Below, in pieces: positions 18,324 to 25,126 of a stretch of DNA of 40,000 bases; within the stretch, counting starts at the first letter, position 1; the number at the start of each line of letters is the position of its first letter. The stretch spans positions 728,521 to 768,520 of the forward strand of contig NZ_VJXQ01000001.1 in NCBI RefSeq assembly GCF_007655485.1. The letters are read 5' to 3'. This DNA is from Halobellus captivus. GTDB lineage: Archaea > Halobacteriota > Halobacteria > Halobacteriales > Haloferacaceae. The translations under genes and the position numbers were made by a program. The notes beneath the pieces were generated by a model. The model made no database searches and was not told the DNA's origin. It saw only the letters and a program-made list of their open reading frames with translations.

Positions 18324-20578
18324 TGCAGACTCCCGTTCCGACTCCGATCACACGCGTCGGGCGTCGTCAGCGAGGCATTCGCGAGTCGGTCGAAGCGGGC
18401 CGTCCGACGGTCGAGACGCGACAGGAGGTCGCTGTAGGATCCTCCGTCGCGACAGAGCCGCTCGAAGACCGCGCTGTCGCCCCGCTCGACGGCCCCCGTC
18501 GACTGGAGTCTTCCGTCACGACGCTGAAACAGCGACACGAACGCGGATTCCTCGCCGGTCGTCCGCACTTCTTCGACGGCGGCGACGTACCGCGAGTCGC
18601 CCTGGCGCGCGCAGGTGACGACCAGATCCGTGGCTCCGAACGACGACGGTGCGACGCCGAGATCGGAGACGACGCGCTCTCGGACCGCGGAAGCGGAGTC
18701 ACCGTGGATCGTCCCGAGCACGGCGTGGCCGTGCGCGCCGACGCGCATCGCCTCGTACAGGGACTTCGCTTCGTCGCCCCTGACTTCGCCGACGACGAGC
18801 GCCCCGTCGCCGAGCCTGAGCGCGGTTCGCAGCGCGTCCGTCGGGGAGAATCCGCCGGTCACGGCTCCGCCAGCGGTTCCGCTCGACCGACTCCCCCCCG
18901 CGCCGCCTCCGCCGCCCGCACCCACGTCGGTGTGTAACGCCTGGACGTCGCGGCCGTGCTCGCGCAGCGCGTCGACGGGAAGTTCCGGGGTGTCCTCGAT
19001 GCTCACGAGTCGCGTCGTCCGTGGAAGCTCCCACAGGAGCGCGCCGAGGAGCGTCGTCTTCCCGGCCCCGCGCGTGCCAGCGACGATGGTCGCCGCACCG
19101 CGTTCGGCGGCGAGAGAGAGGAACGCCGCCGCGTCGGCCGGAAGCGATCCGGCGGCGACGAGTCGCGGGAGCGTCCACGCGTCGTCGTCGCGGGCGCGGA
19201 AGGCGAATCCGACCCCGTCGCTAGCGGGTGCGGTCACCCCGGCGACCCGGATCCGACGCCCCGTCTCGGTGACGATCGACGCGTCGAGCGCGGGCGAACT
19301 CCGCGAGAAGGCGCGACCGCTCTCGCGGCGGAACCGCGAGGCGAGCGAGGCCGCGCCGTCCGGCGTCAGGCGGACGTTGGTCGGAACCCGCTCGCCGTCG
19401 ACGACGACCCGGACGGGCGCGTCCGTCACGGGGGCGGAGACGACGACGTCGGAGATCCGCTCGTCGGCGAAGAAGTGCTCGAAAACACCGAGACCGTGGG
19501 TGTGTCGGTCGAGTACCGCGGCGAGCGTTTCGATTGGATCGTCCGCCCCGGTGACGCGCCTGACCGCCCGTCCGGCCGCGCGCGGCCCGCCATCGACGGA
19601 TCCGTTCGCGAGGACGCGGTAGGCCGCCGAGAGCGTCGCCGTCGCGTCGCCATCGAGACCGTGCGCGACCGGCGTGAGGTGATACAGCGGCCCGTCAGGC
19701 GTGTCGTATCGGCGCGCCTCGGCACCGGTCGGCAGCGAACGCGTCTCGCGAAGCGCGGCCGACGGCGGGGGACGCGTCGAAACGCGAGCCCGGCAAACGG
19801 TCGGTCCGACGAACGCGCGGAGGGCACTCTCGTATCGACCGCAACCGGGGCGTGAATCGGTCGCGTCGGTTCCGTTGATCGAGTCGGTCGCATCGGTCCC
19901 ATCGGTTCCGTCGATCCAGGCGGTCCCGTCGATCGCCGCCGTCGATCGCCGTTCGGTAACCCGCTCGGCACCCGCCGCGAGCCCGGATTCGGCCGCGATT
20001 CGTGCGAGCGCGCCCGCCCGGCCAGCCGCCCGATGGGCGGCCCCGAGCGGATCGACGCGAGCGCGCTCCGCCAGCGATTCGTCGTGGACGCGCGCCCGTT
20101 CGGCGAATCGCCCCGCGGCGAGCAAGAGCCCCACGGCTGCGTCCGAATACGCGCGTTCGACACCCTCGGAACGCGTTCGGACGACGTCGACGTCGCGGTC
20201 TTCGAGCGCGGCGATCACGGTCGCTCGGCACCCCCGACTGCGGGCCAGATCGCCCGCTCCGGGGCAGGCCGATCCGTCGGCGACGAGTTCTCGACGATCG
20301 GCCATTCCCGTTCCGATAGGCTGTTCGAAGTCGATATCACACCGACATTCGTGGGCCGTTTCCGGCGTCTCGGCTTCACCGCCGCCCTCGTGTCGGTCGC
20401 TGCCGCCGTCCGTCGTCAGTCCCAACGCCGCCGAGAGCTCGTCGACGGCTGCCGCCACTGCGGCGAGCCCTGAGACGCTCTCGGCGGGCGATTCGTCTGC
20501 GAGGGGTTCGTCCGCGGTCGATCCCTCGGGCGTCAGTTCGTCCGCGGCGTGGTGCGCGCCGTCGCGGGGCAGAGTCAT
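18320..20578 (-). CDS. type II/IV secretion-family ATPase (PilB/FlaI/TadA class) with a long N-terminal extension
   Basis: 752 aa. Walker A GTRGAGKTT (residues ~501-509 by my count), Asp box VSIEDTPEL, Walker B ALVVGEVRGDE, His box GTIHG. The N-domain motif GVFEHFFADERISDVVV is at ~364-380. Residues 1-~290 are unassignable and include C78, C80, C105 and C117. Confidence 0.9.
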   Translation of the reverse strand: MTLPRDGAHHAADELTPEGSTADEPLADESPAESVSGLAAVAAAVDELSAALGLTTDGGSDRHEGGGEAETPETAHECRCDIDFEQPIGTGMADRRELVADGSACPGAGDLARSRGCRATVIAALEDRDVDVVRTRSEGVERAYSDAAVGLLLAAGRFAERARVHDESLAERARVDPLGAAHRAAGRAGALARIAAESGLAAGAERVTERRSTAAIDGTAWIDGTDGTDATDSINGTDATDSRPGCGRYESALRAFVGPTVCRARVSTRPPPSAALRETRSLPTGAEARRYDTPDGPLYHLTPVAHGLDGDATATLSAAYRVLANGSVDGGPRAAGRAVRRVTGADDPIETLAAVLDRHTHGLGVFEHFFADERISDVVVSAPVTDAPVRVVVDGERVPTNVRLTPDGAASLASRFRRESGRAFSRSSPALDASIVTETGRRIRVAGVTAPASDGVGFAFRARDDDAWTLPRLVAAGSLPADAAAFLSLAAERGAATIVAGTRGAGKTTLLGALLWELPRTTRLVSIEDTPELPVDALREHGRDVQALHTDVGAGGGGGAGGSRSSGTAGGAVTGGFSPTDALRTALRLGDGALVVGEVRGDEAKSLYEAMRVGAHGHAVLGTIHGDSASAVRERVVSDLGVAPSSFGATDLVVTCARQGDSRYVAAVEEVRTTGEESAFVSLFQRRDGRLQSTGAVERGDSAVFERLCRDGGSYSDLLSRLDRRTARFDRLANASLTTPDACDRSRNGSLQ

Positions 20579-20599
20579 AGCGCCGGTGGCCGCGTCTCC

Positions 20600-20609
20600 G
20601 TATATAAAC
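20600..20609 (-). promoter_or_regulatory. TATA element (minus strand GTTTATATAC) 31 nt upstream of the ATPase start codon at 20578
   Basis: Read directly. The 34 nt ending in the ATG match the cassette at 16457-16490 at 30 of 34 positions. Confidence 0.7.
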
Positions 20610-20662
20610 GGTCGGTCCGGGCGCGTTTCGGCGTCTGGAGCAGAGACGTGTCTCTTCGTCGT

Positions 20663-21124
20663 TCACCCGCGCGTCACGACGAGCACCGGCTGCCCCCTGT
20701 CGGCGACGAGCGCGATCGACACCGCGTGCCGCCCGGTCGCCTCGAACACGACGGGACCGTCGGGCGTGCGCACCGGGGTCGGAATCGAGAGGCTCCGAAG
20801 GCGAGTCGAACCGGTAGACGGCCCGTAGACCACGGTCGAGCGGTTTCCCGGGCCGTCAGGTTTCCCGCCGACGGCGACGAACGACGGCCGCGCGGTCGTC
20901 AGCGACGCGCGCGGGAACCGGACGGTCACGCGTCGCGTCGCCGCGTGGCTCCGCCTCGAGGTCGCGTCTTCGCCCGTTGCGAGCGCTCGTCCGGCGCGTT
21001 CGATTCGGTCGATCGTCCCCTCTAGTTTCGCGTCCGTGCCGGTCGCTCGGGCGTCGTCGATGGCGGGCATCGCGGCCGCCAGCGTCGCCACTGTCAGCAC
21101 CGCGGCGACGACCAGGCGGATCAC
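20663..21124 (-). CDS. helix-anchored 153-aa protein of the pilus-like locus (GTG start)
   Basis: N-terminus (M)IRLVVAAVLTVATLAAAMPAIDD followed by a soluble domain. Its GTG start overlaps the upstream stop (GTGA at 21121-21124). Confidence 0.7.
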   Translation of the reverse strand: MIRLVVAAVLTVATLAAAMPAIDDARATGTDAKLEGTIDRIERAGRALATGEDATSRRSHAATRRVTVRFPRASLTTARPSFVAVGGKPDGPGNRSTVVYGPSTGSTRLRSLSIPTPVRTPDGPVVFEATGRHAVSIALVADRGQPVLVVTRG

Positions 21125-21759
21125 CGGAACGCGTCGCGGAGTCGAGTCGCCAGCGACTCGTCGTCGCCGTCGGGCAGTCCCGCGTCGGGATCATCCGCGT
21201 CGAAGTCGAATGCGCCGCCGGGTCTCGGAGACCGAGAGTCGCCGTCGAGCGGAGACTGAGTATCGCCGTCCGGCGGAGACCGAGCATCGCCGTCCAGTGG
21301 ATCCTGAACATCGCTGTCGTCGGCGACGGTCGAGCTGTCTGGCCTGCGCGCCTCGGCGAACCGCTCACGGACCAGGCCGTCGTCCGCGGGCGCGAGCTGT
21401 CGTTCCAACGACTCAACTTTCGCGAGCGCGATCGACGCGCGCTTTTCGACGCGCTCGTCGACGGTTTCGACGCCACCGAGAAGTCCGCGTACCGCGTCGA
21501 TCTCGGCTTCCACCGCCGTCAATCGGCCGTCGAGTGCCTCGATCTGCGCTTCGACCGGCGGATCGACCTCCATCGTTTCAGTCGGCGCTGGTGGTCCGTC
21601 AGTGGACGAGGTTTCACTCGTTGCAGTCCGTTCGTCAGTGGACGGCGTTTCGCCCTCGCGAACGTTCGGTTCGGTATCACTGGCGTTCGATTCGGTATCA
21701 CTGCCGTTCGGTTCCGTCGTCGGCTTCGAGCGCTCGCCCATCTCCGGGGAGGTGGTCAT
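21121..21759 (-). CDS. acidic coiled-coil protein with low-complexity repeats, first gene of the pilus-like locus
   Basis: I chose the start at 21759 (MTTSPEMGERS...) because a TATA element sits exactly 31 nt upstream, and because the longer track ORF (to 22176) runs antisense into cetZ. It has an S/T/E/P-rich N-terminus (SDTESNASDTEPN), a heptad-like core (VEAQIEALDGRLTAVEAEIDAVRGLL...VEKRASIALAKVESLERQL) and SP(L/P)DGD repeats. No TM segment. Confidence 0.7.
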   Translation of the reverse strand: MTTSPEMGERSKPTTEPNGSDTESNASDTEPNVREGETPSTDERTATSETSSTDGPPAPTETMEVDPPVEAQIEALDGRLTAVEAEIDAVRGLLGGVETVDERVEKRASIALAKVESLERQLAPADDGLVRERFAEARRPDSSTVADDSDVQDPLDGDARSPPDGDTQSPLDGDSRSPRPGGAFDFDADDPDAGLPDGDDESLATRLRDAFR

Positions 21760-21780
21760 ACCGCGAGTGGTTCCGCCATC

Positions 21781-21790
21781 GGTTATAAAC
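21781..21790 (-). promoter_or_regulatory. TATA element (minus strand GTTTATAACC) 31 nt upstream of the start at 21759; near-palindromic and possibly shared with divergent cetZ
   Basis: Read directly. It is in the same register as the elements at 16481-16490 and 20600-20609. On the plus strand it reads TTATAAA, 44-50 nt upstream of the cetZ ATG. Confidence 0.6.
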
Positions 21791-21832
21791 ACCAGCACCA
21801 ACGTTGAAGGTCCACCTCGGAGATACACGGGT

Positions 21833-22921
21833 ATGAAGTCCGTCCTGATTGGCGTCGGCCAGGCCGGGGGAAAGCTCACCCGGGAACTGGTCGACTTCGA
21901 CGAGCAGATGGGGTTCGGTTCCATCCGCGGCGCTGTCGGAGTCAACACCGCGCAGGCAGACCTCCGTGACCTCCCGTTCGAGACCGTTCTCGTCGGCCAA
22001 GACCGCGTGAAAGGCCAAGGCGTCGGCGGCGACAACGAACTCGGTGCGGAAGTGATGCAATCGGATCTCCAGGAAGTCCTCGCCGCGCTCGACGGCCGCA
22101 TAACCGCCGGAACCGAATCGATCTTCGTCGTCGCGGGACTCGGCGGCGGCACCGGCAGCGGCGGCGCACCGGTCATCGCGAAAGAGCTCAGTCGCGTGTA
22201 CGACGTCCCGATCTACGGCCTCGGAATCCTGCCCGGCCGCGACGAGGGATCGATGTACCAGGTCAACGCCGGGCGGTCGCTGAAGACGTTCGCTCGCGAG
22301 GCCGACTCGCTTCTCCTCGTCGACAACGACGCTTTCCGCTCGGTCGGCGAGAGCGTCACCGAGGGATTCGATTCCATCAACGGGGAGATCGCCAAACGAG
22401 TCGGGCTGTTGCTCGCCTCCGGCGAGTCCGTCGACGGCGTCGCCGAAAGCGTCGTCGACTCCTCGGAGATCATCAACACGCTCCGGAACGGATCGATCGC
22501 TGCGCTCGGCTACGCCTCCGCGGAGGCGGCCCCCGAGGCCGAGGACAACATCAACACCGTGATGAGCACCACCCGCCGCGCGCTGCTGACGGGATCGAGC
22601 CTGCCGGATACGACCGACGCGGAGGCCGCGCTGGTCGTCGTGGCCGGGAAGCAAGAGGCGATCCCGCGGAAGGGCGTCGAGCGCGCCCGCCGCTGGGTCG
22701 AAGAGGAGACCGGAAGCCTGCAGGTCCGCGGCGGCGACTTCCCGCTTGCGAGCGATCGCATCGCGGTGCTCATCCTCCTCGGCGGCGTGGAGCGCTCCGA
22801 ACGGCTGGAGGCGTTTATGCAGCGCGCGAAAGACGCGCGAGAACAGGAGGCGACCGCTGAAACGAAGCCGTCGGACCCGGGCGATCTGTGGGCCAACGAC
22901 GAACTCGAAGACCTGTTGTAA
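21833..22921 (+). CDS. cetZ: CetZ-family tubulin/FtsZ-superfamily protein
   Basis: 362 aa from the Met at 21833 (MKSVLIGVGQAGGKL...). The tubulin signature is VVAGLGGGTGSGGAPV (GGGTGSG as in CetZ/tubulin rather than the FtsZ GGGTGTG), followed by LGILPGRDEG, and the C-terminus is an acidic tail. The upstream 77 codons in the track ORF are rejected. Confidence 0.9.
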   Translation: MKSVLIGVGQAGGKLTRELVDFDEQMGFGSIRGAVGVNTAQADLRDLPFETVLVGQDRVKGQGVGGDNELGAEVMQSDLQEVLAALDGRITAGTESIFVVAGLGGGTGSGGAPVIAKELSRVYDVPIYGLGILPGRDEGSMYQVNAGRSLKTFAREADSLLLVDNDAFRSVGESVTEGFDSINGEIAKRVGLLLASGESVDGVAESVVDSSEIINTLRNGSIAALGYASAEAAPEAEDNINTVMSTTRRALLTGSSLPDTTDAEAALVVVAGKQEAIPRKGVERARRWVEEETGSLQVRGGDFPLASDRIAVLILLGGVERSERLEAFMQRAKDAREQEATAETKPSDPGDLWANDELEDLL

Positions 22922-22992
22922 GCGTCGGGGAATCGTTTCTGCGCTGTCGGTCGAGACGTGCCCTCGACCGTCGCTACTACTGGCGGCGATCG

Positions 22993-24342
22993 TTACTGCT
23001 GGAGGAGGCTCGCGCCGTCGAACTCCGCGCGGGCGTAGTCGACGTCCATCAGATCGAGGATCGTCGGCGCGATGTCGTAGAGATCCGCGTCCGTGATGTC
23101 GACGTCCGCGTCGTCGACGAACAGCGAGGCGTTGTCGAAGCTGTGCATCCCGTTCCGGGGCCCTTTCCCGAACACGTCCTCGTGGCCTTTGAACCCGGAT
23201 TTGAGATCGAAGCCGTGGTTGGGGACGACGACGAGGTCCGGCGCGATGTCGTCGTGGTCGCCGCGGAAGGCGTCCTCCTTCTCGACGACGCGGTCTGCGA
23301 CCTTCCGCCCGTCCGGCCCCTCCATCGCTTCGAGTTCGGCTTTGAGTTCGGCGCGCGCCTCCTCGTACTCGTCCGCCGGGACGCTGCCGCGCGGTTCGCG
23401 CCCCTCGAGGTTGATGTAGAACCGCCCCGGAATGAGCGAGTACGCCCGCGCGTCGTCGGCGATGTCGCCCAGTTCCTCGTGGTCGTCGTCCGCATAGGAG
23501 AGCCAGCCCTGCTCTTCGAGCCACGCGTTGCAGTGGACCTCATAATCCAGCGAGGTGAAACCGTGATCCGACGCGACCACGAGCGTCACGTCCTCGGGCA
23601 GGGAGTCGCGGATCTTCCCGATGTAGTCGTCGAGCTTCTCGTAGAACTCGATGAACGCGTTCTTGTTCTCGCCGTCGCGCTCGTAGTCCTCGAAGAGGAA
23701 GTGGTTCACCCGATCGGTCGTCATAAAGACGCCGAAGAAGAGGTCCCAGTCGTCGCGGTCGAGAATCGAGGAGAAGGCGTCGTACCGACGGTCGAGCGTC
23801 TCGTGCGCGTTCTCGACGAAGTCGGATTTGTCGTCGTCGTGGCCGAGTTTGGCGTTGACGTCGATGCGATAGCCCAACTCGTCGAGTTCGTCGCGGAACT
23901 CGTCGGGGTGGGCGGCCTTCTTGACGCCGGGGGAGAGGAATCCCGAAACCATCCGCTGGACGTTGCGCTGCGGCGGGAACGTCACGGGGACGTTCATCAC
24001 GCTCGCCTGTCGACCGTCGTCGGTCACGCGGTCCCACAGGCGCGTCGCCTGCACGTCGCGCCCCATCGGAACGTAGGTGTCATACGAGCCGTTCTCGCGG
24101 TCTTGGAAGCCGTATACCCCCGTCTCGCCCGGGTTCACGCCGGTCGTCAGCGAGGGCCAGCAGGCGGAGGACTCGGGGGGAACGATGCTTTCGATCGCAC
24201 CGGCGCTGCCGTCGTCGGCGAGTGCGGCGAAGTTCGGAAAGGTGTCGGGGTTATCGGCGAGGAGACTAAACGGTACGCCGTCGATACCGATGAAGGCGAC
24301 GCGCGGGTGGTCTTCCCCGCGCAGCCGGTCGAACAATCCCAT
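22993..24342 (-). CDS. alkaline-phosphatase-superfamily enzyme (type I phosphodiesterase / nucleotide pyrophosphatase-like)
   Basis: 449 aa from the Met at 24342 (MGLFDRLRGEDHPRVAFIGIDGVPFSLL...). Motifs GIDGV, CWPSLTTGVNPGETGVYG and VVASDHGF are typical of the family. The upstream 50 codons overlap a repeat array and are rejected. Confidence 0.82.
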   Translation of the reverse strand: MGLFDRLRGEDHPRVAFIGIDGVPFSLLADNPDTFPNFAALADDGSAGAIESIVPPESSACWPSLTTGVNPGETGVYGFQDRENGSYDTYVPMGRDVQATRLWDRVTDDGRQASVMNVPVTFPPQRNVQRMVSGFLSPGVKKAAHPDEFRDELDELGYRIDVNAKLGHDDDKSDFVENAHETLDRRYDAFSSILDRDDWDLFFGVFMTTDRVNHFLFEDYERDGENKNAFIEFYEKLDDYIGKIRDSLPEDVTLVVASDHGFTSLDYEVHCNAWLEEQGWLSYADDDHEELGDIADDARAYSLIPGRFYINLEGREPRGSVPADEYEEARAELKAELEAMEGPDGRKVADRVVEKEDAFRGDHDDIAPDLVVVPNHGFDLKSGFKGHEDVFGKGPRNGMHSFDNASLFVDDADVDITDADLYDIAPTILDLMDVDYARAEFDGASLLQQ

Positions 24343-24432
24343 ACCGTCCGTATTTCCTCGTGGCTCATAAGAAGTTTCGTCTCCGCGCGAACGACTGCCG
24401 CTGTCTCGGACGCGGAACGCTCCAACCGAAAC

Positions 24433-24552
24433 AGAGCGGCTCCGACTGTCACAGCCCAGATCCGACTGACACAGAGCGGCTTCACCTGCCACGACCCAGA
24501 ATCGGCTATCACGGTCTGATTTCGACGGTCACGATCCGGAATCGATCGCAAC
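24433..24552. repeat. six phased 20-bp units, each ending in CAC/AAC (organised as ~40-bp degenerate tandem units)
   Basis: agagcggctccgactgtcac / agcccagatccgactgacac / agagcggcttcacctgccac / gacccagaatcggctatcac / ggtctgatttcgacggtcac / gatccggaatcgatcgcaac. The first two 40-bp units are 28/40 identical by hand alignment. Confidence 0.75.
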
Positions 24553-24637
24553 CGAACCGCACGCGCGAACTCGACGCCCGGAGCCGAACTCGCCGAAGGA
24601 GCGAAGTACGCGCCGCGGTAAGGAGTGAGTAAGAGCC

Positions 24638-25126
24638 GTGAAGGAGTTCGAACGAAAGCAGCTGTTGGAACGCGTCAACCGCGAGGCCGCGACCGTCGGC
24701 GCGGAGATCCCCGACGCGATCGACGTCCAGGGCGAGGAGATCGATCTCCGCGAGTTCGTTTTCGAGATCAAGCGTCGCGACACGATCCCGTCAGGCGAGC
24801 GCGACCGCGTCGAGGACGCGAAGCGGAACCTCCGCCGGGAGCGGCGACAGCGACTCCAACGAATCGAAGACGGCGATGTCTCGTACGAGAAAGGGGAACG
24901 TCTCGCCGAGAGTATCGTCGGCATCGATCGAGCGCTGAACGCGCTCGAACAGCTCCGGGCGGTCGACCTCGAACGGGAGGCGGCGGTCCAGGCGACCGCC
25001 GACCAGAAGCGCTGGGTGCGCTTCCTGAAGCAGGCGCTCGGTCGCGACGACGCCGGTGGCGGGCGGGGTTCCGGCGGCGGACGCAGATCGGGAGGCGGCA
25101 GAGGGTCCCGAGGGGGTCGGCGGTGA
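24638..25126 (+). CDS. small coiled-coil protein with a C-terminal RGG-rich tail, translationally coupled to polX
   Basis: 162 aa. The body is charged and helical, and the tail is GRDDAGGGRGSGGGRRSGGGRGSRGGRR. Its stop overlaps the PolX GTG start (GTGA at 25123-25126). Confidence 0.75.
   Translation: MKEFERKQLLERVNREAATVGAEIPDAIDVQGEEIDLREFVFEIKRRDTIPSGERDRVEDAKRNLRRERRQRLQRIEDGDVSYEKGERLAESIVGIDRALNALEQLRAVDLEREAAVQATADQKRWVRFLKQALGRDDAGGGRGSGGGRRSGGGRGSRGGRR

Noticed and set aside
16887-18437. 516-aa plus-strand ORF antisense to the PilC-like gene, plus many similar ORFs between 11.5 and 21 kb
   Set aside because: They are Arg/Gly/Asp-rich shadow ORFs. The minus-strand genes show hydrophobic helices, the start/stop overlaps of a packed gene cluster, and promoter elements.
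21760-22176. N-terminal 139 codons of the 351-aa track ORF (21121-22176)
   Set aside because: This part runs antisense through the conserved N-terminus of cetZ and is Pro/Ser/Thr/Arg-rich. A TATA element at exactly leaderless distance supports the Met at 21759 instead.
21698-23524. 608-aa minus-strand ORF covering cetZ and part of the phosphodiesterase gene
   Set aside because: It is antisense or off-frame to two genes with clear family motifs and has Arg-rich shadow composition.
24343-24492. 50-codon N-terminal extension of the phosphodiesterase-family ORF
   Set aside because: It overlaps the 20-bp repeat array and has Ser/Arg/Cys-rich non-acidic composition. The family-typical N-terminus starts at MGLFDRL (24342).
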